A stretch of DNA of 64,000 nucleotides from Candidatus Kerfeldbacteria bacterium (GCA_016207275.1 JACQPY010000018.1:23960-87959); one strand, 5' to 3'. Positions 31,350-40,743 are shown, counted from the first letter of the stretch. Translations and numbers: made by a program. The notes: a model not told the origin generated them from the sequence alone.

Positions 31350-32315
31350 TTATATTTTTCTCGGCGTGAGGCTGCTTTCGAGACGTCCGTGGTTTCGCTC
31401 CGACCGTGCAGCGACCAGATGCGCCCCCCCCAGCACCAGTACTTCTACCACCATCATCGACACCCGGCTGACGGCGGCCACGGCCACGGCTTGCGGCGCA
31501 CCCATGAACGGTCCCAGTAACGCAATTAAGAAAGCTTCGCGTACCCCCAGTCCGCTCGGGGCCAAAAAACTGAGATAGCCCAGCAGCCAGCTGAGTAAAA
31601 ACACGCCGGCCAAAGCCACTAGCGACCCGGCTGAGACCACTCCCAACGCCTGCGCCACAAGCAACTGAAACGTCGCAAACATCAACCAGCTGACCGTCAT
31701 CGAAGCGAAGGCTGGCGCGCTGCTGCCGATTGCTGACGGTGCTGGCCGCCGCAGCACCCGGTGAAGCAGCTGGACTAACGTCTTCGCCACTGGTTTCAGG
31801 ATGACGACCAAACTAGCGACTGCCACCACCAACAGCGCGATCGTGCGTCCTGGCCACTGATACTGCGGATAGCCAGTCAACAGTACGGCCGACAAACCGA
31901 GGCAGCTTAAGACCAACAGCATTGCCTCGAGCACCATGCTGGTAAAAATGGTCGTCCGGCTGGCGCCGAGGCGTCCGGCCTGCGCCATCCGGCCGAGCAC
32001 CGACCAGACGTATCCGGGAATGTACCGCACTACCTCCGCTTTCATCCAGATGTTCCAGGCAGTCACCTGGTCGACTCGCACTCCCAACAAGACCAATAAC
32101 CGATTCCAGGTTGCCGCGCGCAACCAAAAGTAGGCCACGCCGGGAAGTAAGCTCACCACCGTCCACTCCCAGCGTATTCGAGAGATAACTGCGGCCACCG
32201 TCGGCCAGTCAGCTTCAACTCGCCGCCACAGAAAAATAAAAACAAGGACGACGACTCCCCATCGAAGAACTTGCCGGACCCAGCGCCTACCGGCCATTAC
32301 CGTGCTGGCGGTCAA
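31350..32315 (-). CDS. Flippase-like / lysylphosphatidylglycerol-synthase-TM-region (UPF0104) membrane protein
   Basis: Multi-TM protein with YIPGYVWSVLGR, positioned with a GT2 gene as is usual for this family. Confidence 0.55.
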   Translation of the reverse strand: MTASTVMAGRRWVRQVLRWGVVVLVFIFLWRRVEADWPTVAAVISRIRWEWTVVSLLPGVAYFWLRAATWNRLLVLLGVRVDQVTAWNIWMKAEVVRYIPGYVWSVLGRMAQAGRLGASRTTIFTSMVLEAMLLVLSCLGLSAVLLTGYPQYQWPGRTIALLVVAVASLVVILKPVAKTLVQLLHRVLRRPAPSAIGSSAPAFASMTVSWLMFATFQLLVAQALGVVSAGSLVALAGVFLLSWLLGYLSFLAPSGLGVREAFLIALLGPFMGAPQAVAVAAVSRVSMMVVEVLVLGGAHLVAARSERNHGRLESSLTPRKI

Positions 32316-33228
32316 GCACCTGCTCGACCGGGTAACGTCGCGGCGCTGACCGGCTGGTGATCAACTCCGCCAACAGGCCAGTAAACAAAAACTGCAAACC
32401 GGTTAGCATCAAGAGGACGGCAAAGGTCAGTAATGGTCGCTGGCCGATGGACTGACCTTGCCACCAGATGATCGTCAGGTAGAGCGCGATCACGAAGCCG
32501 AGGCCGAAGCACCCCAATCCCAGGGTGCCGAACAAGTGGAGCGGTCGATTGGCGAACCGACCGAGAAAGGCTACCGTCATCAGATCAAGTGCCCCCCGCA
32601 CGAAGCGCTTCCAGCCGTACTTCGACTGTCCGTACTTGCGCTGGTGGTGTCCAACTGGTACCTCACCGATCCGGAACCCCTGAAGGAACGCTAAGATGGG
32701 CACGAAACGGTGAAATTCACCGTACAAATCAATGGCCGTCGCCACTTCCCGACGCATGACCTTGAGGCCGCTGTTCAAATCATTTAAGCGGACGCCGAAG
32801 AGGAGACGCGCCGCGCCGTTAAATACTTTTGAAGGAAAACGCTTAGTCCACGGGTCGTTCCGTTGTTGCTTCCAGCCGGTGACCAAATCAAAACGATCCA
32901 GCGCCTCAACTAATCGAGGAATCTCGCGCGGTTCATCTTGCAGATCAGCGTCAATCGTCACCACCAGCTCACCGCGGGCCCCTTGAAAACCTTGGCTCAG
33001 GGCGGCGGACTTGCCTAGGTTGCGTCGGAACTTGATGACCCGGACGCGTCGGTCAGCGGTGAACAGACGCTGCGCCACGGTAAAGGACTGATCAGTGCTG
33101 CCGTCGTCAATGAAAATAATTTCGAAGCTGCCGAGCGGTTCGAGCGCGGCCACCAGGCGCTGGTACAATTCGTCGAGGCTTTCGGCCTCGTTGAAAAACG
33201 GAATGACGACGGAAAAACGTGGGTTCAT
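32287..33228 (-). CDS. GT2 polyprenol-phosphate glycosyltransferase (Ppm1/ArnC/GtrB-like) with C-terminal TM helices
   Basis: VVIPFFNEAESL ... DDGSTD ... DADLQDEP, followed by two C-terminal TM segments. Confidence 0.85.
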   Translation of the reverse strand: MNPRFSVVIPFFNEAESLDELYQRLVAALEPLGSFEIIFIDDGSTDQSFTVAQRLFTADRRVRVIKFRRNLGKSAALSQGFQGARGELVVTIDADLQDEPREIPRLVEALDRFDLVTGWKQQRNDPWTKRFPSKVFNGAARLLFGVRLNDLNSGLKVMRREVATAIDLYGEFHRFVPILAFLQGFRIGEVPVGHHQRKYGQSKYGWKRFVRGALDLMTVAFLGRFANRPLHLFGTLGLGCFGLGFVIALYLTIIWWQGQSIGQRPLLTFAVLLMLTGLQFLFTGLLAELITSRSAPRRYPVEQVLDRQHGNGR

Positions 33229-33231
33229 GAC

Positions 33232-35049
33232 TTAGTCCTTGGCGGCTGAAATCAGCTCGAGCAGCACAAACCGGTCGCGCTCTAGTATAGCACGCCCCTG
33301 CCCAAACTGGTCGCGACTTGCCGTGGTTGTCAGCACGTATGGACCAGCAGCTGTTTCCGCCGTGACCTCACGAACCGCTACACCGGCGCGCCGTAGGTAA
33401 AAGTAACCCGCCGGCTGGGTCAGCAGCTTGACGCCAACCACATCCACCTGCCCGGCCTTGAGGTGATCGAGACGTCCAGCCAGTTCTTGTAACGGCGAGC
33501 TCGTGGGCAGGTGACGCAGGTATGAAATCTGCCAGCCAAGAGCTAAGGCCACGACGTAGATTGTACTAAGCGTAGTTACCGCTTTAAGCGGTCGTTCCCG
33601 CCACCGACGAAGCAACGCGACCACCAGCCACACGACCGCCGCCGTGGTCAGACCGACGACGACTCGGCCACCGCTCGATAGCGCCGCTGCGGGCAGGTAG
33701 GAGTACGGCGTTAGCTGCCAGAGGAGACCTTCGTGCGCCAGTCCAAGCGGCAATCCGTAGACGGCCGCAGCCAAGCTAACTAGGAATCCGCCGGTCAGGA
33801 GCCAATCTGGTCGCTTAACGAGCTCCCACACTGCCCGCGCCAGCAGCAGGACCAAGGCCGGATAGATTGGCAATACGTACCAGTCAAACTTGGTCTGGAT
33901 GACGGAAAAGAGACTAAACACCGCGGCCGCCCAGACCAACAGTAAACGGTCGAGTTCGTCTCGGGAACGCAGCCACCGTCGGGCGCCGAGCAACACTGCC
34001 AACGGAACAAACGCCACAACCGGAAACATTCGCCGCCCAATGATCTCGGCGTACCAGTACCACGGCACTTGGTTGGCGTACAGCGCTTCACCAGCCCGCT
34101 CGAGTATGTGAAAACCGAAGTAGCTTTGCCAAAACTCGCGGCCGTGCCGAACGAGCTCAAGCAGGTGCCATGGCAGCGTCACCACGACGGCGGCCAGCGC
34201 ACTCCAGCCGATCGTCCGCCAACCAACCGACCGCCAGCGCCGACCAAGAATCATATCAGTCGCCACGATGATGGCGGGAATGGCGCCGGCAAACGACTTT
34301 GTCATGACGGCTAAACCAGTCAGCAAGCCGAACCAAATAAACCACCATCTAATCCACTCTCCTCTCTGAGGAGAGGGTGGGTGAGGAGAGAGCGGTCCTC
34401 CCCCTGCCTGCACGCCCCGCCGTAGGCGAGGCTCCGCCGAATGGCGGGCCGAGGGAGGGGGAGTTAGAGGGGGTGGGAGTGCTACGCTTCGCCAATACGC
34501 ATACATCGCCGCTACAAAAAACAACATGAACAGTCCGTCGGTTTCGCCAGTCCGGAAGGCATGGAACAGTACATACCGACCAGTCACGAACAGCACTCCG
34601 GTCAGCACTGCCATGCGCGCATTGCCAAAGACCTGCCAGGCCCAATACGACAACAGCAAGGTCGTCGCCACGCCCGCCACCGCTGACCACAGACGAATGG
34701 CTAATTCGGTCTCGCCAAAAACAGTAAACAAAGCTGCCCGCATCCAGAACGACAGTGGTGGCTTAGCCGTGTACAGCTCATCGCGGTACGACAAGTCGAG
34801 CCAGGCGCCCTGACGGTACATTTCTAGCGTCACGTTGGCATGGATGCCCTCGTCCCAGTTTTCCAACGGCTTGTCACCCAGCCGCCAGAACAGGATGAAA
34901 GAAGAAACGATCGCGACTACCAACAACGCCACCACCAATCGCTGCCGTGCAGTAGTGTTGCTGTTCGCCAACGACAAAGCAGGCACCATCGCCCCCACCC
35001 TAGCAAACGACAAGCTCACCGTCCAGCAGTAAATCCCAATACCCACCAT
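33232..35049 (-). CDS. GT39/GT83-like (PMT_2 family) membrane glycosyltransferase with an in-frame GC-rich repeat insertion
   Basis: GDKPLENWDEGIHANVTLEMYRQGAWL with many TM helices. Residues ~190-232 (PPPLTPPPSARHSAEPRLRRGVQAGGGPLSPHPPSPQRGE) are encoded by repeat R4. Confidence 0.8.
   Translation of the reverse strand: MVGIGIYCWTVSLSFARVGAMVPALSLANSNTTARQRLVVALLVVAIVSSFILFWRLGDKPLENWDEGIHANVTLEMYRQGAWLDLSYRDELYTAKPPLSFWMRAALFTVFGETELAIRLWSAVAGVATTLLLSYWAWQVFGNARMAVLTGVLFVTGRYVLFHAFRTGETDGLFMLFFVAAMYAYWRSVALPPPLTPPPSARHSAEPRLRRGVQAGGGPLSPHPPSPQRGEWIRWWFIWFGLLTGLAVMTKSFAGAIPAIIVATDMILGRRWRSVGWRTIGWSALAAVVVTLPWHLLELVRHGREFWQSYFGFHILERAGEALYANQVPWYWYAEIIGRRMFPVVAFVPLAVLLGARRWLRSRDELDRLLLVWAAAVFSLFSVIQTKFDWYVLPIYPALVLLLARAVWELVKRPDWLLTGGFLVSLAAAVYGLPLGLAHEGLLWQLTPYSYLPAAALSSGGRVVVGLTTAAVVWLVVALLRRWRERPLKAVTTLSTIYVVALALGWQISYLRHLPTSSPLQELAGRLDHLKAGQVDVVGVKLLTQPAGYFYLRRAGVAVREVTAETAAGPYVLTTTASRDQFGQGRAILERDRFVLLELISAAKD
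34353..34482. repeat. Family-1 (CTCTCC variant) palindromic repeat R4 inside the GT39 coding sequence
   Basis: cctctc-tgag-gagagg followed by gtgggtgagg, plus a long-range cctccccct/agggggagg stem. It is the same subfamily as R7. Confidence 0.6.
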
Positions 35050-35065
35050 TCGTGCTTCGCAACGC

Positions 35066-35160
35066 TTGATTCAAAACAAAAGGGCGTCGCCGAAGTTCAG
35101 GTGTTAGCTGAAACTTCGAACGACGCCCCAGCGAGCATCGCCGAGCATTGTGCTCGGCGT
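35066..35160 (-). terminator. Long nested GC hairpin after the 35164 gene
   Basis: gggcgtcg ... cgacgccc (8-bp stem) with inner cgaagttcag..ctgaaacttcg pairing. Confidence 0.4.
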
Positions 35161-35163
35161 TAG

Positions 35164-36693
35164 TTAATGAGCAGTCGACTGCCGGCGGTGGTAAGCCCCC
35201 CACAATCCGAAGCAGACAGCCGCGCCCAGCACGATCCCGATCATGGCGGCCGGCATACCCAGCGCAGCCAGCAGCCCGCCGACGATCAGCGCGATGGCGA
35301 TTGCTCCGACCAGCGCCCACCACGAGCTGAACATGTGGGTGAACCCGCTGGCCACCAGCAGCACCACTGCGACCAGCAGGATCAGGCCGACCACCGTCTG
35401 CATTTCCTTGCGCATGCCGGCGTGTCTGACCTTGGTCCAGAAGTTGTGCCACTCGATGTTCGTCGCTTGGTACTGCGACGAACTGCCGCCTCCGTTGTCG
35501 GACTTGGAAAGCAGCGCCTCCTTCGCCTTGAGCGAATCTGCCTTCCAACGAGCCGTGTCGCGGACTGCCTGCACCCACAGCTGGTGATCGCGCTCGTACT
35601 GGGCCCGCCGGCGCATCTCCTCGATGCGCTGGGGGTTGTCGACACGGAGCGTGTCGCGGACCGGGTTGATGAAGCCGGCCTTGACCTCCTCGCCGTCCGA
35701 CACCCCGTTGTCGTCAGTATCGCGGTCACGCCAGTTGGTGTTGAACACTACACGTTCGTCGTAGTTGGTCAGACCGTCGTGATCGTAGTCGTGGCGGTAG
35801 ATATACGCCACTGCCCATGAGTAAACGGTGACCCCCACGATGACCAGGGTGGCCAGCCCCCGAAGGTGGACTTGGGTGATCGGCAACTCAAACTTCCGAC
35901 CCTTGCCAAATCCGAACGCCACCTTACGATTGCTGACCTGTCGGCGAAGAACATCATACTCCTTGGCCTCAAGAACGCTGTTTCCTTCGGCGTCCCTGTT
36001 GTTGCCGATGGTGGTATTCACTTCCCACAGGGCCAAGGCCGCCAACCCCTGTAGGGTAACGGTCAGCCACGGCAAGCCGGTGGCGTGGTGAAACGTGACG
36101 ATGCAGATGATCAGGGCCCAGGTGAAGTAGTGACCCTCGTTCATCAGCTTGTGAATCACTTCCCAAGCCGCCGCCGGCATGGCCACCTTCGCCGCCTCCA
36201 GGGCCTTCTTGATCGAAGCCCACTGTTTGCGGGGGTTGGGTGAGAAATCCAGCTCGCCGACCGCGCTGATGAGCCCGCTGGCCAGGATTGCATCCTGCAC
36301 GCGGGCCATCATGTACGACTTCTCGACGTGCTTCATCCAGAGTCCGAATGCGAAGAACACCAGCATTACCGGACCCCAGTCGAAGAACCAGTGAATGCCC
36401 AATGCCAGAAGCGTCAGGCCGACCCACTTAAACTCCATGAGGGCGTAGCCGATGGCGAGGGCTTCGACCAACAGATTGACTGAGCCCTCGGCCATGCGGA
36501 TGCCACCGATCCACGCGGCCCGCAGATACCGCAGCATCATCCGCTGCGCCCGCTCGTTGAAGAGCATGATGCCGACAACTGCAAACCATGGACTCCGCTT
36601 CATCGCCTTGCGCAGGACGCGCTTGGCGTCGCGGAGGAATGACTCGTTCTCGGCCTGCGTTTCCGGTCCAGGTTCCTGTGGATTCTCGTTCAC
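35164..36693 (-). CDS. Multi-TM membrane protein with thrombospondin-type-3-like Ca-binding aspartate repeats
   Basis: At least 8 predicted TM helices and DYDHDGLTNYDE / DRDTDDNGVSDGEE (DxDxDG) motifs. Confidence 0.45.
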   Translation of the reverse strand: MNENPQEPGPETQAENESFLRDAKRVLRKAMKRSPWFAVVGIMLFNERAQRMMLRYLRAAWIGGIRMAEGSVNLLVEALAIGYALMEFKWVGLTLLALGIHWFFDWGPVMLVFFAFGLWMKHVEKSYMMARVQDAILASGLISAVGELDFSPNPRKQWASIKKALEAAKVAMPAAAWEVIHKLMNEGHYFTWALIICIVTFHHATGLPWLTVTLQGLAALALWEVNTTIGNNRDAEGNSVLEAKEYDVLRRQVSNRKVAFGFGKGRKFELPITQVHLRGLATLVIVGVTVYSWAVAYIYRHDYDHDGLTNYDERVVFNTNWRDRDTDDNGVSDGEEVKAGFINPVRDTLRVDNPQRIEEMRRRAQYERDHQLWVQAVRDTARWKADSLKAKEALLSKSDNGGGSSSQYQATNIEWHNFWTKVRHAGMRKEMQTVVGLILLVAVVLLVASGFTHMFSSWWALVGAIAIALIVGGLLAALGMPAAMIGIVLGAAVCFGLWGAYHRRQSTAH

Positions 36694-37181
36694 GGCCTAC
36701 CCCTCCTTCTCAGTCGAGTCCCGAGCGACGCAGGCCACGCCCACGTCGACACGGGAACGTGTGCCTTCAGAAACCAGACGTGCGGCCGATTCCGATCTCG
36801 CCGACGACGCCGGTCTCCAGACAGCCCACGGAGTTGACCAACGTGTGAACTGACCGCATGAGGATACAGCCTCTCGGCGGTCCGGCTGATGATTCCCCGC
36901 GGCTTGACTGCATGCTTCCAGCCGACGACGATCAGGTTCTGAGCAGCCCGGAGGGCTTTGCCCGCTGTCACCCGACCGCGCTCGGCCTTGAACATACCGA
37001 GAACGAAGCCGACGATAATGCTCAGGGTGGCAAGGATGCCGACCTGCTCACCAGCTGTCGTCTTCGACTCCCCGGTTGGGGCCGACGGCGTGGCTGCTGC
37101 TGCCGCTTGGACACCTGCTCCTAGACTCGTCGTCTCCGGAGCTGGCGCCTCCTCCCGCTTCTTACCCTTACCGTTACTCAT
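36690..37181 (-). CDS. Hypothetical single-TM protein
   Basis: One hydrophobic helix (VGILATLSIIVGFVLGMF) and an Arg-rich tail. It overlaps the neighbouring gene by 4 nt. Confidence 0.3.
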   Translation of the reverse strand: MSNGKGKKREEAPAPETTSLGAGVQAAAAATPSAPTGESKTTAGEQVGILATLSIIVGFVLGMFKAERGRVTAGKALRAAQNLIVVGWKHAVKPRGIISRTAERLYPHAVSSHVGQLRGLSGDRRRRRDRNRPHVWFLKAHVPVSTWAWPASLGTRLRRRGRP

Positions 37182-37213
37182 GGCAATCCCTCCTTTTCAT
37201 CATTCGTCACGTT

Positions 37214-38011
37214 TCAGTCGAGGCGTGCGCTCTCAGCTTCGAGTGCTGTGTTCAGACGATCGAGCATCGGATCGACTGCTTCACCCATGCCCTGGAACAG
37301 GTCCTCCAACGGACCTTCCTTAGCCAGGGCGCGCAGCATCCGCACCCGCAACGGCCGAGGTTGATGCAGCAGGAGCCGGAGCGAATCGATGTCGCTCATC
37401 GTCCCCAGCATCTCCCGTACGACTTCTTGGTCGCGCGGCTCGAGCGTTGAGAACCACCACGCCACTTCGTGCTGCTCGGCCTCGCTGAGAAGACTGACTG
37501 TCTTGAAGAACGCAGCGGTTTCGTCTGGTTTGGCCTGGGCCCGCTTCCACGTGTCGAGGATGCGAGTCGGGAAACTACGAACGGCGCGGAGCAAACGTTG
37601 ACTGAACTGTTGGACGTTTGCGACCAACGTCTCCCGGATCAGCCCCTCGACGGTCTCACGATTGAGCTCGAGTGGCGTGAAGCCCTCGAAGTCGATCGGA
37701 TGCTCCTTGTTCCGTTCCGTGTAGTAACGCGTCACCGCCCGCGGAACCTGACCGAGAACCTCGGTCTTGGCCCGCTTGAAGGTTGGATTATCACGCACCC
37801 ACGGGATCCGATTGGTGGCGACATCGATGCCGGTGTTGACGGCAGCAGTGAGGAACTCGACCTTGGTTGGTTCCTTGATCGCGTTATAGGCCAGGGTCTT
37901 CCATAGGTCGGGTCTGGTTTCTTCGAGGGTGTCGAGGACCGGTCCGACGAGGATCAGTCGTGTTCCGAGATCCGCGAACCACTCTTTCGTTACTTCCAGA
38001 TGTTCTGGCAT
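37214..38011 (-). CDS. Hypothetical protein (265 aa)
   Basis: Clean ORF with no recognisable motif. Confidence 0.4.
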   Translation of the reverse strand: MPEHLEVTKEWFADLGTRLILVGPVLDTLEETRPDLWKTLAYNAIKEPTKVEFLTAAVNTGIDVATNRIPWVRDNPTFKRAKTEVLGQVPRAVTRYYTERNKEHPIDFEGFTPLELNRETVEGLIRETLVANVQQFSQRLLRAVRSFPTRILDTWKRAQAKPDETAAFFKTVSLLSEAEQHEVAWWFSTLEPRDQEVVREMLGTMSDIDSLRLLLHQPRPLRVRMLRALAKEGPLEDLFQGMGEAVDPMLDRLNTALEAESARLD

Positions 38012-38224
38012 TCCTCAACTCCTTGAGACTCAGGAACGCACGGTGCGTCCTGCGGTTAGGGTGTCGGGTATGTGTCCGTAGATTCTCTACTAACAGTGAT
38101 ATGACTTGGCTGACCAAAAACTGGCCAGCTAGAGTGTTTTTATCGAGCTATCTGCAATCGTTGCAACAGATGCAACGGGTCACCTTACTACATGTTACGG
38201 AAAATGTCAAGGGTTGGGTGGGGA

Positions 38225-38250
38225 CGTTTAACTTTTGACATTTGACGTTT
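38225..38250. repeat. TTGAC x3 array (left flank of the four-helix-bundle gene)
   Basis: tttgacatttgacgtttgacc-ATG. It is inverted relative to the array at 38636-38665. Confidence 0.5.
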
Positions 38251-38259
38251 GACCATGCG

Positions 38260-38643
38260 CTATTCCAGCAGTCTTTTCCTAAATGCTGATAATTGATTTC
38301 CAAGTTCTGCCGCGCTCGACAGTACTTCATCGCGTTCTTGGTGGGTGAGGCAGCCACAATCAACAGCCACATCACAACAGGCAACAACTTCATTCAAAGA
38401 GGCTAGTGCATAATTAAGAAAGAGCGCAAAATCCTTGTCCGAACTTCGATTCGATCCTTCGGCAATGTTGAGGACGATTGAGTTTGCTGCCCGCAGCAAC
38501 TGCGCCGTAAGAATGTATCTCTCACCATCCGGAAATGATCGCGCGTAACGACGAACGTGACTGACAAATTGTCGTGCTAACTGGTAGACGGTGAATTTTC
38601 TAAATCGAAACTTTCTATCGATATCAAATACCATTCTGGTCAA
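38260..38643 (-). CDS. Four-helix-bundle protein (23S rRNA intervening-sequence protein family)
   Basis: YILTAQLLRAANSIVLNIAEG ... LASLNEV is diagnostic for this family. Confidence 0.75.
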   Translation of the reverse strand: MTRMVFDIDRKFRFRKFTVYQLARQFVSHVRRYARSFPDGERYILTAQLLRAANSIVLNIAEGSNRSSDKDFALFLNYALASLNEVVACCDVAVDCGCLTHQERDEVLSSAAELGNQLSAFRKRLLE

Positions 38644-38665
38644 ATGTCAATTGTCAAATGTTATT
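38636..38665. repeat. TTGAC x3 array (right flank of the four-helix-bundle gene)
   Basis: ggtcaaatgtcaattgtcaaatg reads as TTGACAATTGACATTTGACC on the gene strand, directly upstream of the ATG. Confidence 0.5.
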
Positions 38666-39498
38666 TTTTGCCCGTCACTCGTCATCACCACGTCGCCGTC
38701 TTCATCCGTCCGTAACATTTTCGCCCCGCGCTTGTTGTACCGCCGCAGCACTACCGGGTGCGGATGGCCGTAGCGATTGTCCTGGCCCACGGAAATGACT
38801 GCCGCGGCAGGCTTGAGCGCATCTAAAAACTCCTCGCTCGACGACGAAATACTCCCGTGGTGCGGAACTTTCAAAACTTCGACGTCGGGCAACGTGCCGG
38901 TCAGCACCAGCCGCTGCTCAACGTCGGCACTGATGTCGCCGGTCAACAGCACGTCAGTCTCGCCGTACTGGACGTGCAGAACGACCGACGTGTCGTTGCG
39001 CAGTTTGGCATCGGCCGCGACCGCTGTTGGCGGCCACAGCACCTTCAGTGCAACCCCACCGACATCGAGCCGATAATTACCGATTGCTTCCAGGCGTTGC
39101 GCGCGCTGAGCGTCAATGGCGGCTTCCCAGGATCGATCGGCCAAGCTGTCGCTGCGGACCGCCGTTTCCAGAACGCGTTCGATCTTAAAGTGTTCAGCGA
39201 CGGCTGGTAAGCCACCGACGTGGTCTGCGTCAGGGTGGGTCAGGACCACGAGCTCCAGCGTCCGATCAGACGGCGGCAGGTACTCCGACAGTCGCTCAAC
39301 TACGCGTCCATCAGGACCACCATCAACCAGCACATCGCTGCCATCCGGTGTTTGCAGCAAAATGGCATCGCCCTGCCCAACGTCCAGCACCACCATTCGA
39401 AAAGCCGGGTCGGATCGCGGCCCGACCCACAGCGCCAGGGCCAGGGCGCAGGCCACCATCAGGAATGCTACCCGAATGACCAGGTTACGTTGCGACAT
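38647..39498 (-). CDS. comEC: ComEC/Rec2 C-terminal metallo-beta-lactamase domain
   Basis: VLDVGQGDAILL ... LTHPDADHVGG ... PHHGS. It forms a separate ORF with a 14-nt overlap on the upstream ORF. Confidence 0.75.
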   Translation of the reverse strand: MSQRNLVIRVAFLMVACALALALWVGPRSDPAFRMVVLDVGQGDAILLQTPDGSDVLVDGGPDGRVVERLSEYLPPSDRTLELVVLTHPDADHVGGLPAVAEHFKIERVLETAVRSDSLADRSWEAAIDAQRAQRLEAIGNYRLDVGGVALKVLWPPTAVAADAKLRNDTSVVLHVQYGETDVLLTGDISADVEQRLVLTGTLPDVEVLKVPHHGSISSSSEEFLDALKPAAAVISVGQDNRYGHPHPVVLRRYNKRGAKMLRTDEDGDVVMTSDGQKITFDN

Positions 39499-40654
39499 GC
39501 CGCTTCCTCGTTATCGTGACGTACCAACCAATGGCCAGGGCATTGACGGATGCGGCCGCGGCGCTGGCCTGCCAACCGAGCTGAACCGCCGCGATCGGCA
39601 GTGCGGCGCCAAACGTCACCACCCAGACCATCGCCCGCAGCGGTAACCACGCCAGCCAGCCGACCAACACTGCCAGCCACGGCGCCAGAGCGGTCAGCAC
39701 CGCCACCGCAAAGCCGGTCAGCATGGCCGGCGGGATCAAAGGCAGTACCACGACGTTGACTAGGGGTGCTACCAGCGACACCTGCCCGAAGTACAGTAAA
39801 ATCAACGGCTGCGTAAACATGATGGCCGCCAGCGTCGAGGCTAGTGAGCTCCGCAAGCCAAAGACGGTTGACACGAAGGTTAACCGCTGTTCCAACGGTT
39901 CGGCCAGCAGCACCAAAGCGGCAGTCGCCACGACGGACAGCTGAAAGCTCAAGCTCGTGATGATGACTGGCTGGATCACAACCATGCTGGCCGCGCTCAG
40001 GACCAGCAGATGCCAACCGTCAGCCAGCCGACCACTGTACCGCGCCAGCACCACCAGCGATCCCATAATCCCAGCCCGGACAACCGAGGGCGACGCACCG
40101 GTGAGAATGACGAAGGCGGCCACGGCCAGAATCGTGACCAACAACTGCATGGCGCGACCCAACGGCATCGATCTGATGATGGCGGCCACCGCACTGACCA
40201 CGATGGTGACGTTGAAGCCTGAAACTGCCACGATGTGGCTGGTGCCCGTAGTCCGAAAGGCTTGGAGTAAGTTGCGCGGTAGGTCTTCGCGTCCGCCGAG
40301 CAGCAAGCCAGTCAGCAAGGCCGCCTCAGTCGGCGGCAGCGCCTGGTTAATCCCGTGTTCTAACCACGCACGGGTTGCGGTCAGGGCAGCGATAATTGGC
40401 TGCTCATCACTGACTCCCGCTGGCGCACCCAGCAGCCACCCCCGGAGCAATCCGAGACCAAACAGCAACGGCACAAACCACCAGCGCCACCGTGCGGCGA
40501 TGGCCGTGAGTGTTGCTCCGAACACCATCCCCATCGTCGGAACAACAAAACCACCGACCGCTGCGCCAGCGGCCAGCGCCATTGCTCCGACTTGAATCCG
40601 CGTTTTCCGTGGTAACAAAATTGGTGACCAGCGGCCACCGTTTGTCTGGATCAA
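39485..40654 (-). CDS. comEC: ComEC/Rec2 N-terminal competence (TM) domain
   Basis: Multi-TM protein with FRTTGTSHIVAVSGFNVTIV, the competence-domain signature. Confidence 0.75.
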   Translation of the reverse strand: MIQTNGGRWSPILLPRKTRIQVGAMALAAGAAVGGFVVPTMGMVFGATLTAIAARWRWWFVPLLFGLGLLRGWLLGAPAGVSDEQPIIAALTATRAWLEHGINQALPPTEAALLTGLLLGGREDLPRNLLQAFRTTGTSHIVAVSGFNVTIVVSAVAAIIRSMPLGRAMQLLVTILAVAAFVILTGASPSVVRAGIMGSLVVLARYSGRLADGWHLLVLSAASMVVIQPVIITSLSFQLSVVATAALVLLAEPLEQRLTFVSTVFGLRSSLASTLAAIMFTQPLILLYFGQVSLVAPLVNVVVLPLIPPAMLTGFAVAVLTALAPWLAVLVGWLAWLPLRAMVWVVTFGAALPIAAVQLGWQASAAAASVNALAIGWYVTITRKRHVAT

Positions 40655-40689
40655 CCATACACCGCCGGTGCACCGTCGTCAAGAATGAG

Positions 40690-40730
40690 AACCGCCCAAC
40701 ACCTTTCTCCGATTGGTGCTGGGCGGGTTG
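40690..40730 (-). terminator. Hairpin downstream of glmS
   Basis: aaccgccca ... tgggcgggtt is a 9-bp stem. Confidence 0.4.
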
Positions 40731-40743
40731 AAACGACGAGCGA

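Noticed and set aside
35167-37601. Arg/Ala-rich ORFs overlapping the 35164-38011 hypothetical genes on either strand
   Set aside because: High-GC shadow frames. I kept the longest co-directional set with TM-helix periodicity.
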